In this document: positions 47,460 through 61,389 of the stretch, piece after piece
Numbering within the stretch: position 1 is the first letter of the stretch
How the letters are laid out: each line of letters opens with the position of its first letter
Origin: Cyanophora paradoxa CCMP329
Lineage: Eukaryota; Plantae; Glaucophyta
Direction: 5' to 3'
Length of the DNA stretch: 64,000 nt
Assembly: GCA_004431415.1 (NCBI GenBank)
Contig: QPMI01000332.1
Location: forward strand, 1-64,000
Notes under the pieces: generated by a model
The model's database searches: none
Seen by the model: only the letters and a program-made list of their open reading frames with translations
Told to the model about the DNA's origin: nothing
Position numbers and translations under genes: made by a program

Positions 47460-50400
47460 ATGAAGTCCCGCGCGTCCGCGGACTCTGACGAGTACGACAG
47501 CGGTGCGATGAAGCGCGTCGCGCGCTCATCTTGTGCGCTGACTCGCCGCAGAGTCGGAGAACTGGGGAGGCGGAGCGAACCGAACTGCCTTGCGGAAGCG
47601 GAAGCGCTCATGCGAACATCCCAAGCGCGCTGCCTCCCGTTTAAGCAAGCTCGCCAAAAAAGCGGAGGAGGAGAAGAAGAAGCGGTAAGCAGCGTCTGAC
47701 TAGATCCGTGCTGTAGACTGAAAGCAACCCGCAGCCACGCTGCCCGGCTGTGGAATCGGGCAGCTCGCTATTACTTGGAGGCGCGCGATTACACGCTCGC
47801 AGCCTCGACCTGGTGCGGCGATGACGCGTCTGCTCAGTGTCGCAGTCCGAACCCGAACGCGCGCAGGATATTGGGCTGCGATGCGCTTGTTGCAGAGAGC
47901 GAGGTACGCAGAAGGGGCTACACCAAGGCTTGGGGCTGGTTTCGGCTCGCGTTCGACGCTCTCGAACAAGCGTACGCGTCGGAAAAATCCGTCTTCCAGG
48001 AGAAGCTGCATGCCATGGCTTCCGCGACGGCCTTTCTCTTCGTGCGCGACGTGCGCTGCTCGCTTGGGCGTTCTGACAGCTTGCCTCTCAGAGCTGGAGC
48101 ACGGACGTTCGGTGCGCTCTCGCGAGATCCGTCACTTGGTCACCGAGCCAGAGCGCGCGCAGGCACTGGAAGGACTCTGAGATGTCGACCAACTTGTTCC
48201 AAGGCAAGTCGAGGGAGACGGTGCTTCAGCTGCTCGACGCGCAGCTGGAGAAATTGATCACGAAGCGCGAGAAGCTCGTGCGCTCGTCCGCCTCAGAGGA
48301 GTTTGCCGCGCTGGATCGCGCGCACTCAGGTCAAACATCACCCGATTCGAGGCTCCACGAACGGGGAGGAGGAAGATGCGAAGCAGCGGAAGAAGTTCGC
48401 AGAGCTCAACCTCAAGGTGGACAGGGCCGCGCTGCTCCACAACCGCGCCTGTGCGCCGAGCCGCGTCTCGCCTGCGCGGCGTCGCCTCGACGGCCGTCGG
48501 CAGGCAAGGCGGAGAGGGCGCTCCCGCGCGAAGATGACGGGGCGCTGGCGCTCGCGGAGCAGGCGGTGGAACTCGCGAGCCAGGCGGCGGAGGAAGCGGA
48601 GCGGGCGAAGCTCCACGACGTGCACTCCCGGGCCCTCTTCCAGCTGGGCAACTCCCTCCTCCTCGCCCGCCGCTACGAAGAGGCAGCGCATGCCTTCAAG
48701 TGGGCGCTCCCGGCGAGCGGCCCGCTGCCTTGCTGACGCGCGGCCAGGCGCGACAAGGAGATCAGCCATCTCACCACGGACAGAGACAACAACAAACAGG
48801 TCGCAGATGAAAAGAAGAAGATTGCAGAAAGCGCGCACGATCTGCGCCAGGGCTGGAAGAGTGCAAAGAAGCTTTGGGGGCGAGGCGAGCGGAGCGCTGA
48901 AGACGTTTTCGAGGCCGGCCTCCAGTTTGGGTGCGCCCGCTCTCTGCCCCCCGAGGCGCCTGACCTGATCCGAGCGTCCGCAGTCTGTTCCTGATTGAAG
49001 ATCTCGAAGACCACGCGTGCGTCCGAACCGCCCGGTGCGGGCGCCGTGTGCTAAGGGCCCGCGCAGGGAGGCGCGATCCGTGCTGAATGAGTGCGTCAAG
49101 ATCGCCGAAGAGTCCAGCGAGCTGAACGACAGGTTTGCTTCGCTCTGCTTCGCTGACGGCCGTGCCGGCGCGGGGCCGAGGGGCGGGGCAGCCCGGAGCA
49201 CGCGCAGGCGGTGGGCGCGCTGGCCCTGTCGATGTACCGCGACGGCCTCTGCTCGGGCAAGGAGGCGTGGGATGCGGCGAACTTCGCAGGGCTCGCCCGC
49301 GCGATTGCCGAGCGCAACGACGACTGGGTCCGCACCCCTGCGCGCCCCGCCCCCTCCTCGCCGCTCACGCCCCGCAGAGCAAGTTCGGTGCGGGCGGCGC
49401 CGCTTCGGGGGGGCGGGCGGGGCGAGAGCGGGGCGGGCTAACGGGGCGGCGGCAGGAATTGCGACGCACACGTACGCTGACTGCCTGGAGACGGCGATGC
49501 AGAAGGGAGGCCTCCCAAAGAGCCGCAAATTCGACTACAGAGAGTGCGCGGGGACCCCGCGGGGGCCCCAGCGCGCCCCGCCGACGCCGGCGGCGCAGGT
49601 ACATCCAGCTGATGGAAGAGGCGGCTCACAAGGCGCACAAGAAGGGCGCGAGGCTGCTCAGAGATGGCGACCGCCAGGGCGCCATCGAAATGTTCGCCGG
49701 CGAGGTGCACTCCCCGCGCCCGCCCCCACGACCCTCCCCCACCATCCACCCCCGCAGATCCGCACCCGCAACAACGTTCTGTGCGCGACCCTGATCCTGG
49801 CCTGCGTCGGGCAGCTCACGCTGCGGCAGGTACGGGATGGAGAAGCGGCACGCGAGCAAGGCGGAGCAGGAGGCGGTCAAGAAGCAGATCAGGGTGCGCG
49901 CGCAGGGACGGGCGGCCGGCCGTGCGCCTCACCGGCGTGCCGGCAGGACCTCGCTGACCAGTACGACGAACTCGACGACGGGGGCGTCGACGGTGCGCGC
50001 CGCCTGCCGGGGGCGGCGGGGCGGGGCGCGACGCGAGGGCGGCGCAGCGGAGGAGGAGGAGGAGGCGGAGGAGGAGATCACGGAGGACGAGCAGGAGAGG
50101 CGCCTGGCGGACCTCGGCGCCCCCCCGCGCGAGCCCGAAGCCCCGCAGGGCCTCTTCCACGCCGCCGTCGCCGCCGCCGGCCGCCTCGCCCAGGCCTCCA
50201 GCAGCAGCTCCCTGGGGCGCCCCCAGGGCCCTCCCCCTGCGCAGCCGCCGCCGAGCGCCCCCGGCCCCCGCGGGCGGTGCGCCTCCGCGCGAGCCGTCGC
50301 GGAGCACGGGAGCTGGCGGGGCGGCTGACGGGCGCGCAGCGGGCGGCTGCAGCGGACGGCGCGGGGCGACGACGACGAGGACGGCGCGGAGAGCGACGAG

Positions 50401-52166
50401 GACGAGGCCCTCCTCACGGCGGCCGTCTTTCCTGCCCGCGCCCCGCCCCAGCGCGCCGGCACCCAGGCGCGCATCTCCCGGCCCTCGCCGCGCCCCGCGC
50501 CCGCGCCTCACAGAGCTTGCAGCGGTGGGACGCGGCGTCCGGGGCGGCGACCTCTAGCCCCAGCGGCGGAGTGCGGCCCGGGCCACCGGGGCGCCGCGTC
50601 TGCCTGCTCGCTGCGCCCCCGACGCGCATTGCGCAGGCGGGCGGCGCCTCCAGCTCGTCTTCGCCGACGGGGACTGGGACTGGAAGCGCGTCCCTGGGGG
50701 CCCGGAGCAGCGCGGCCGCCCCTAGCCCGGCCCCGACGCAGCCGACGCACGCGCGCGCCGACCAGCGCCGCCCTGAGTCGGTCGTTCCCGCGCGGCCCTC
50801 GACCAACACCGCCGTCCACGCCGTGCACCCGGCCGGTTCGCAGTGTTTCGCTTCCCCCGCCGCGAGAGGGCCCAGACTCGCAGCAGGCGGCGGCGCAAGC
50901 GCGTTGCGAGCCGGCACCGTCGGCATATCCGGAGGGCTCGCCACCGCGTCCGCCCCGGCACGCCAGCCGACGGTTCCCCCTGTGGTGTCCCCGGCCCCTT
51001 CCCCGCCCACATCCGCTGCGGCTGACAGGATTTCCGTTCCCTTCCCGCCCCCGAAGTCGGCTACCCACTGGCACCAACACGCCGCACCGCCGCCGCCGCC
51101 GCCCACAGCGCGGCCCGCCCCGCTGGCCCCCGCGGCGACCCGGGGCCCCACTGCGGGCCCGACGGGTCTGGAGAAAGCGATGGCGCGCTTCTCTAACAGC
51201 ACGTCGGCTCCGGCGCCCAGCGCCAGCGGCTCTCGCCCCTCCAACACGCCCCGCATTGAAACTTTCTTCCGCGCTCCGCCCCGGGCCCCCGCTTCGGTTC
51301 CGCCCCCGCCCCCGGCCCCGGCTCCGGCCCCGGCCCCGGCAAGGGCTCCATGCCCGCCCGGAGCGGCGGCATCGAGCTCGTCAAGCGCCGCGGGGGCCGG
51401 CGGGGCGGTGGCGCCAGCCGGCGAAGACGGCGTGGACGAGGAGGACAAGTGCAAGGCAGCCTCGCCCTTCTCGCCCCGCCGCGCCCGCCCGCGCCGCTAA
51501 CGCCGCGCCGCGGTTCCTCTGGGCCAGATCTGCTTCGAACTCCTCGTCGACCCGCACATGTGCCCGGGCTGCAGCCAGAACATCTGCTCCGGGTACGATC
51601 CCCGCCGCCCGTCCGCCAGCCCTGGGCCTGAATTGGGGACCCCGGGGCAGCTGCTGGGCGAGCGTCAAGCAGAAAGCGAACCCGACGTGCCCGTTCTGCC
51701 GCAAGCAGGGCCAGGGGGCGCTGGTTTCTAACAGGGACCTCGCCCGCCTGTGCCGTCCCATCTCTCGCCCCACGCCTGCGCCGCCTCCCCTCACGCCCCC
51801 GACAGCATTGAAAAGGCATACCCCGCGGCGTACAAGGCCCGCGTCGAGAAGCTGCAGGCGCGGGGGTCGCAGGGGTCGCTCCCGGCGATGCCCGATTTCA
51901 TGTGCCGCAAGCACGCCGGAGGGCCACAGTGCATCCTCAGATACATCACCGCGAACCCTTCGGCCTCCATGCATCCGAATCACACGTACGTCCAATGCCG
52001 CCCCTGCAAGAGCGCCGGTGTCAAATTCCACGAGAACTTCCTCTGGTGCCTTCCCGGCCCCTGGCGCCGCGCCGCGAGCGGCAGCTGACGGGACTCGCCC
52101 GCCAGCATCACCTGCCTCCAGCACGGCAAGGGCGAAGTCCCCAAGAACTACCTCCTCATCACCTAG
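47460..52166 (+). CDS. TPR-like + RING finger + GRF-like zinc finger protein (spliced)
   Basis: RALFQLGNSLLLARRYEEAAHAF; RING CK|ICFELLVDPHMCPGCSQNICSG|CW..CPFCR; CRKH..C.LR...N.TY..C..C..F..NFLW; TAG 52164-52166. 5' exons uncertain and may be more than one gene. Confidence 0.6.
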
Positions 52167-52296
52167 CGCCCCAGACCCCCCACTCTGCTCTCTCCGCTTT
52201 CTTTGCGAACCAGAACCAGCTCTCTGCCATTTCCCCATTGCGAGGCGCCTCGAGGGCGCACGGTTGGGCGAAGGTCTGCGGCAGGGGGCGCTGCGG

Positions 52297-54801
52297 TCAC
52301 TTCTTCTGGCGGGAGAGGAGGCGGACGGGGCGGAGGTGGCGGGGGCTGAGGAGGCCCGCCGCCCCGCGGTCCGCGAAGAGGGAGGGGTCCGAGGCCGGCG
52401 CGAGGCCCGTCACGCCCCGCAGGTCCTGCACCGCCCCCCGCGCCAGCCCGCCCCCCTGCCCCTCGCTCTGCGCCCGCCGGTGCCCGGGGCCGCGCTGTGC
52501 CCCCCCGGGGGGCGGGGCGGCCTCGGGGGGCCCCCCGCGGTCGCGCCCTGCGCGGCCTCCTCGAGGTGGTAGGAGGAGGCCTGCCGCAGGAGCCGCTCGC
52601 CGCCGAACTCGACGGCGCGGCCCTCGCTCGCCGCCCGCGTCGCCTCCCGCGGCAGGAACGGCGCCTCGCCGGCGGCCCCGATGCGCAGCGCCGCCGCCCG
52701 CAGCACGCGCTCCTCCGCCCCGATCTTGTCCCCCAGCGCCAGCTGCGCCGGCCGTGAGGCCGGCCCGGGCGGGCGGGGGCCGCGGGCGGGCGGGGCGGAC
52801 GCGGTAGAGCTGCTCGAGGTTCGACTCGGGGCGCCGCGGCCCATGAGGAAGCGGGACGGGTCGAGCACCGCCCCGCCCGGCCCGGACGCCGCCTGCGGCG
52901 CCCGCGGCGGCAGCGGCGCCCACTCCGGCCGCGCCTCCTCCCGCGGGGTGGCGACGGGAGCGGGGGCTCGGGGCCGGGGCCGGGACGGCGGCGAGGGGGC
53001 TCGGGGTAGGCTGCGGGGCGAGGGGCCCCGGCGGGTCCCGGCAGGTCGAGGGCGAGCAGCGCCCGCCGCGGCCGCTGCCGCGCCGACATCGACCCGCCCC
53101 CGGCCCCGCCCTGCTCCGCCTCCTGCACCAGCGGCGCCGCCGGCGGCGGGCGCGGCAGCGGCGGCATCTCGGGCCCGCGCTGCGCCCGGCGCGGCGCCCC
53201 TGCTGCTGCGCGCGTCAGCCGGCGGGCGGGGCGGGCGGGACGGGGTGGGTTGGCGGGCCTGGACGGTGCGGGGGAGGGCGCAGGGCTGCCCGAGGAGAGG
53301 GTCGAGGGGTGGAGGAAGGGGCGATGGCGGCGAGGTCGCGCCGCAGCGAGTGCCCGCGCGCCTCCCGCACCGCCGCCCGCGCCGCCCGCAGCCGCTCCAG
53401 CGCCTCCCGCGCCTCTTCGGCTCGCGCGATGTGCCGCAGGAAGTCGGCGGCGGAGAACTGCCGGCGGGGCGCCCCTCAGCGGCGGCTCGACGGGGGCGGG
53501 GGGACGGGGCACGTGGAGCGTCGTGAGGGCCGTCGTGGCGACGTAGCGCTCCCCGTAGGGCGCCTCCGCCGCCGCCTCCAGCCCTGCCCCGCCCTGTCGG
53601 CCGCGCCGGGGGCGGAGCGGGGTGCGGGGGCGCGCGCCGCCGATGCAGGCGCCGGGGCCGACGCTCGTGATGGGGACCTCCTTGAGGCGCAGGCTGGCCT
53701 CCCCGGCCCCCTCCTTGAAGCTCACCACCTCGTGCACCTGCCGCCCCGCTCGCCCCGCCCCGCCCCGCCCGGCGGGGGGGGGCGCCCCGCGCGCCTCGCA
53801 CTCGCCGGAGACGACGAAGTGCACGCGCTCCGCCGCCTCGCCCGGCCGCGCGATCACTGCTCCTGCCTCAGCGCCGGCGGGGGCGGGGAGGGGGCGGGGG
53901 GCGGGCCGGCGTGGCGGGCGAAGGCCTGGGAGCGGGCGAGCTTGGCGAGGGTGGCCAGGAGGCCGTCGTCGTGGCCGCGGAGCAGCGGCAGGGCGCGCAG
54001 GAAGTCCTCCCGCCCCGCCTCGATCCGCGCCAGCGGCCTTCCAGCAGCTCCGAGTAGACCCTGCCGCCCCGCGCCCCTCGCCCCGCGCCCCGCGCCCCGC
54101 GCCCCGCGCCCGCGCCCCGCGCCCCGGGGCGGGGGGCACCCGCGGGGGATCTTGATGAGGAGGGAGGGCCGGTCGCAGCGGGCGGTGGTGTTGCGGGCGC
54201 GGGCGAAGCTGAGGGCGAGCTGCCCGAAGCTCTCCCCCGGCAGCAGCGTCGCGATGAGGTTCCCCGGGTTCTCCCGCAGCAGCTGGCCCCGCCCCCGCCC
54301 CTCGGCCGCCGCACGCGGGCCCGGGGCGGGGCGGGGCGGGGCCACCTTGGCTGCGGCGTCGCGGGGGACCTCGGCGAGGTCCGCCTCTCTTCGATGGATG
54401 TGCACGAGCCCGAGCACCAGCACGTACAGGTGCGACGCCGACGCCCCCTGCAGAAACACTGCCACCCGCCGCGTCGGCGCCCCGCCCCTCCCTCGGCGCC
54501 GGCGCCGGCGCCGACTCTGCGGTCTCACCGAAATCGCCCGTCCCGAGGCGGAGCTTGATGGAGCGCGCGAGGAGGGTCGAGACGGCCGCCTCGTCGAGGT
54601 CCAGCCCCTTGCGGGAGAGCCAGAACTCGAGCGAGCTCCGCCAGATCGGGTCGTCATTTCCAAGTGCGTCCACGCTGCCGCAGTGCGGAAGCCGCGCTCA
54701 GCGAGATGCAGCGCGGCGGCGGCGCGGCGGCGGCATGTGATGCCGGCCCACGCCGGGCGTCGCCGGTTGCAGAGCGCGGAGAACTCACTCGATTGTCGCA
54801 T
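52297..54801 (-). CDS. Cyclic-nucleotide-binding domain protein (two cNMP domains, spliced)
   Basis: VFLQGASASHLYVLVLGLV; LLPGESFGQLAL...RNTTARC; second unit FLRALPLL..IARPGEAAERVHFVVSGEC..VGPGACIG. Confidence 0.75.
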
Positions 54802-55310
54802 GTAACCTCGAGCTCCCGTTCATGGGCTAGGCAGTGCGGCGCCCGCGGCGTCCACAAGCGCCACAAATTCAAGGGCCCAGCCTGCCGCCCCCAAGGGCCA
54901 GGCTGCAGAGCCAGCGAGACACGCGCGCTACCGCCTCTCAAATCCTCAGCTCGAAGAAGTTGGAGCTGGGGCCGGCGCTCTGGAGCGATTACGATTACGA
55001 TTGGGGCGTCCTTGATCTAGATCTGAAAACGATTCCAACGTTAACTTGGTCTAGTACCTGCGTTTTAGTACGTGTCTGAGGCGAGTTTTCTGCGCGCAAC
55101 GCGCTCCGAGTCGGCGCGCAACGGCGAGATGTGCTTCGCCGAGTGAACCTCTACCCCTCTTCGCCGCCGATCGTAAAAGGTTCGCCAGACCACCGGCCGC
55201 GCTCGTGCAGGCACGCTCGTTGCGGCGAAGATGAATGTTTCGGAATAAGCCCTCCCGAGTCCCGACTGAGCACGCAAGCGGCCCGCCGATTGATCTCACA
55301 CGCCCTGCAG

Positions 55311-57804
<2,494 letters not shown>

Positions 57805-57982
57805 TAAACAGCCAGCGGCGCCAACGCCACTATACAAGCAGGCGGCCGCCGCGCCCGGTTGGCTGCTGCTAGGGGGGCCGGAGATGCGCAGGGAGCCCCG
57901 GCCGGGCAGCCGGGGTCCGCGCATGTCGTCCAAGCGAGCGAGGGGCCCCCGACGCCGCTCGCCGAGCCGCGCGCCGCGCTCC

Positions 57983-60369
57983 TCATGCGTTCACTGTCGG
58001 GCGGTCAGGCGGGGCGGGGCAGCGGCGGGGCGGCGGGGGCGCACTGTAGGAGGAGACGTCGATCTGCTCGGGGAGCTCCGAGACGCGGACCTCGAAGCGG
58101 GCCTGGACCTGGTTGAGGATCTCGCTGTCCTCCTTCGAGGAGACGAACGTGATCGCCAGGCCCTTGGTGCCGAAGCGCCCCGCACGGCCCACCTGCCGGC
58201 GCCGGCGCCGTCGGCGGGGCGCGGCCGGGGCGTGGGCGGGCGGGCGGGCAGGGCGGACGCGGTGGAGGTAGGTGTCGGTGGAGTCGGGCATGTCGTAGTT
58301 GACGACAATGTTCACGCGCTGCCGCTGCGTTGGCGACGCCGAGACGGGAGAGGCGGGCGGGGTGGCGGACCTCGATGTCGATACCGCGCCCGAAGATGTC
58401 GGTCGCCACGAGGATGCGCTTGTCGAACTTCTTGAACGACTCGTACCGCTTGATGCTGCCCCGGCGCCAGTCAGCGGCGGCCCCGGCCCCGGCGCCGGCG
58501 GGCGAGAGGCTGACTCACCGCTCCTCCTGCTGGAGACCGGAGTGGATGCAGATCGAGGGGAAGTTGCACTCGACGAGGAGCTTGTTGAGCTCGTTCGCCC
58601 GCGAGACGCTCTTGACGAAGATGACGACCTGGGGCGGGGCTCGCCGGGGCCGGGCCGGCGAGGAAGCGGGGAGCGCTCGCCTGGTTGAACTCGAGGGCGT
58701 CAAGGAGGTCGTTGAGCTTGCGGTTCTTCTCGTTCTCCTGCAGCTGGATGTAGTACTGCTGGAGCCCGTGAAGCGTGAGCTTCGCCTCGTCGTCGACGTA
58801 CACCTCCATGGGCTGTCGGGAGAGGCGACACGGTTACGAATCGCCGCCGATCCACAAGCGAGAGGGGAAGCCGCCGCCACCGCCGCCGCAGTCGCCGCCC
58901 GCCGCTAGACTCCCCACAGGCACGCGCACGCAAAAGAAAGATGGAGAGAGAGAGGAGGGGGCGGGAAGGACACATGATACTCGGAACCACGCAGGAGGCG
59001 CACGTCGGCGGACGGCCAAAGCCGGAGCAACCGGCGGGCCGGTACTGCTGCTGCCGCCGACGCCGGGGACCGCCAAGGGTGCCGCCGGGGAGGTGGGAAG
59101 GAGCAAGAGGGTGATTGCGGAGGGGAGCGGATGGAGAGGGAAGCAGCGGGAAGGAGAGAGAAAGAGAGGAGAGGGGGCGGAGGACGGAGGCGGTGGTAGA
59201 CCGGACGGGGAGGCGGCTAGATTCCATCCATTTAAATAACAGCAGACGGGATCGTCGCTGAGAGGCCCAGACGTATATGCTTCGGCTTGCAGCCGAACCC
59301 CCGAGGCGGCGGCGGCGGCGGAGGCGAGATCAAAATGGGTCGTACATCTTGCATGAACTTCTTGCAGACGGGCCGGATTTCCTTGCTGAGCGTTGCCGAG
59401 AACATCATCACCTGCTTGTCGTGGGGGGTCATCTTGAAGATGTCCTGGACGTCCTTGCGCATGTCTGCGCAGAAAGCGTGAGACGCCAGGCCTTTCACGC
59501 TGTGGGAAATGAAAGAGCGAACCGAGAGACTCGAGCATCTTGTCACACTCGTCGAGGATGAAGTGCTTGACCTTGGCCAGCTTGAGGGACTTCTCGCGGC
59601 CGAGAGCCAGGATACGGCCGGGCGTGCCGACGATGATGTGCGGGCATGTGCTCTCGTTCTTGAGAATGTTCTGGTGCGCCGAGATGCTGACACCGCCATA
59701 GAAGACGGTCGTGCGGATGCCCTCCAGGTACTTGCTGAACCGCTCGTACTCGTGGCAGATCTGATACGCCAGCTCGCGAGTGTGGCAGAGCACCAGCACG
59801 CTGCACGGCGCCGGGTTCGTGTCGAGCTGCTGCAGGGTGGCGAGCACGAAGACTGCTGTCTTGCCCATGCCCGACTTCGCCTGGCAGATCACGTCCATCC
59901 CGAGAATCGCCTGAGGAATACATTCGTGCTGCACTGTTGGCCGGAAGTGGAGGAAAACCCGTCAGCGTCGCGCGGGCAGGAATGGCCCGACTCCCGCGGA
60001 AAGTGCGAACCTTCGGACGGGTGCTCGAAGCCGCAGTCCTGAATGGCCTTCAGAAGCTCGGGCTTGAGGAGGAAGTCGCGGAAACCGGAGCTGTGGATGG
60101 CGGCGTAGTGGCCCCTGGGGGAATCGCGATGTGTGAGCGAAAATGCGCATGTGAACGGCGGGCGAAAACGGCCGCGCGGACGCGGAGACTATCGTGCGAA
60201 ATGCTCCGCTATGCCTCTAGTATCGAAAACACTCGGCGGGGAGCCTCTGGACGCACTTCTTGACCTCCTTGCCATCGGCGGCCTTGTCGCCCGCGCCAGC
60301 CTGCTCCTCCTCCTCCTCGTAGTCGACCAGATCCTCCTCGAACTCGCCCTCGGGCTTCTGCTCTGCCAT
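57983..60369 (-). CDS. UAP56: DECD-box RNA helicase UAP56/SUB2 (spliced)
   Basis: [15 protein letters not shown]; QAKSGMGKT; LDECD; MFSAT; [11 protein letters not shown]; YLHR|[11 protein letters not shown]. Confidence 0.97.
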
Positions 60370-60467
60370 TGTTGCTGGGGACTTCTGCTCGCACACTGTA
60401 CCCTTCCCAAGCTTCGTCCCCCTTCTGGCGACGCGGGCGCCTCTGCGCCGCTCAATCTTCGGCCCCG

Positions 60468-61159
60468 ATGCTCTCTCGCGCGCGGCTCTTGGCGACGCGG
60501 GCGCCCCTGCGCCGCTCAATCTTCGGCCCTGGAACGCAGGCGAGCCGCGGCCCGCTTTTCTGCCCGCTCCCGTTTGCCGAATTCACGCGCCTCAGCAGGT
60601 CGACGACATCCACCGCCCTCTCAAGTCCGAGATGCGGGGGAAAGGTGCGCTTTGGCGCGGCGTACGTGCTCGCGCGCTTTTCGCGGCGTACGTGCGGCGT
60701 GCGCTGGCGTGCTTACTGCAGCGCTTTGCGTTCGCAAGATCGCTGAATCCGCCTGAGAGCCTTTGATCATCTGAGACCTGTATTCGCCTGTTTTGCAGGC
60801 GAAGAGGGAAATGCGGAGCCCAATCCCACCGGCCCCGCTGAGCAGTCTATGGGCGACGGCGAGTCCGATATGACAAACTGGTGCGCCCCTTCAGCTGCAG
60901 CGTGACGACGAGGTTCGCGCATATGACAGATCGAAGGTTCGCGCGAGACCACGGAATCCATGTCCAGGAGGAGGTGCAGAAGCGCCAGGCTCAGGAGGCT
61001 GCCCGGAAGAGCGGTATCCTGGAGCCCTCCGGCGAGAGCTCAATTCCCCACACCGAGCGCCGGTCCCACGCCGTGCGCCGCCCTGCGCGGCTTCCGAAGT
61101 TCCCTAGAGTCTTCGCGCGTAAGAAGTTCCCTAGAGTCTTCGCGCGCGCGTAGCACTAA
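60468..61159 (+). CDS. Small hypothetical protein with mitochondrial-type presequence (about 113 aa, 4 introns)
   Basis: Exons join in frame: MLSRARLLATRAPLRRSIFGPGTQ|VDDIHRPLKSEMRGK|GEEG..MTNW|FARDHGIHVQEEVQKRQAQE..SHA|H*. Confidence 0.55.
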
Positions 61160-61389
61160 GTCGAGGACCGGCGCAGCTCCCGCACGACCCGACCAAGCGC
61201 GCGTGAGCCTCGGAGCGCTGCATGTAAATGAAGAGATATCGATATCGACGTCCAGCTGTTATGCTTTCCGAGTTCGGCTCGCGTAGTGTGTGAGGATAGC
61301 CGGGTTTGCTTGCAAATTGCTAGCTGTACAGAAGCGTGGAGATCTGAGAGGGGGTGGCGGGGGGCGTGCGGGGGAAGGCGGCGCGGGGC

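Noticed and set aside
60468-61159. Small protein as the ATPase inhibitor IF1
   Set aside because: Only vague resemblance; the conserved IF1 motif is not recognisable.
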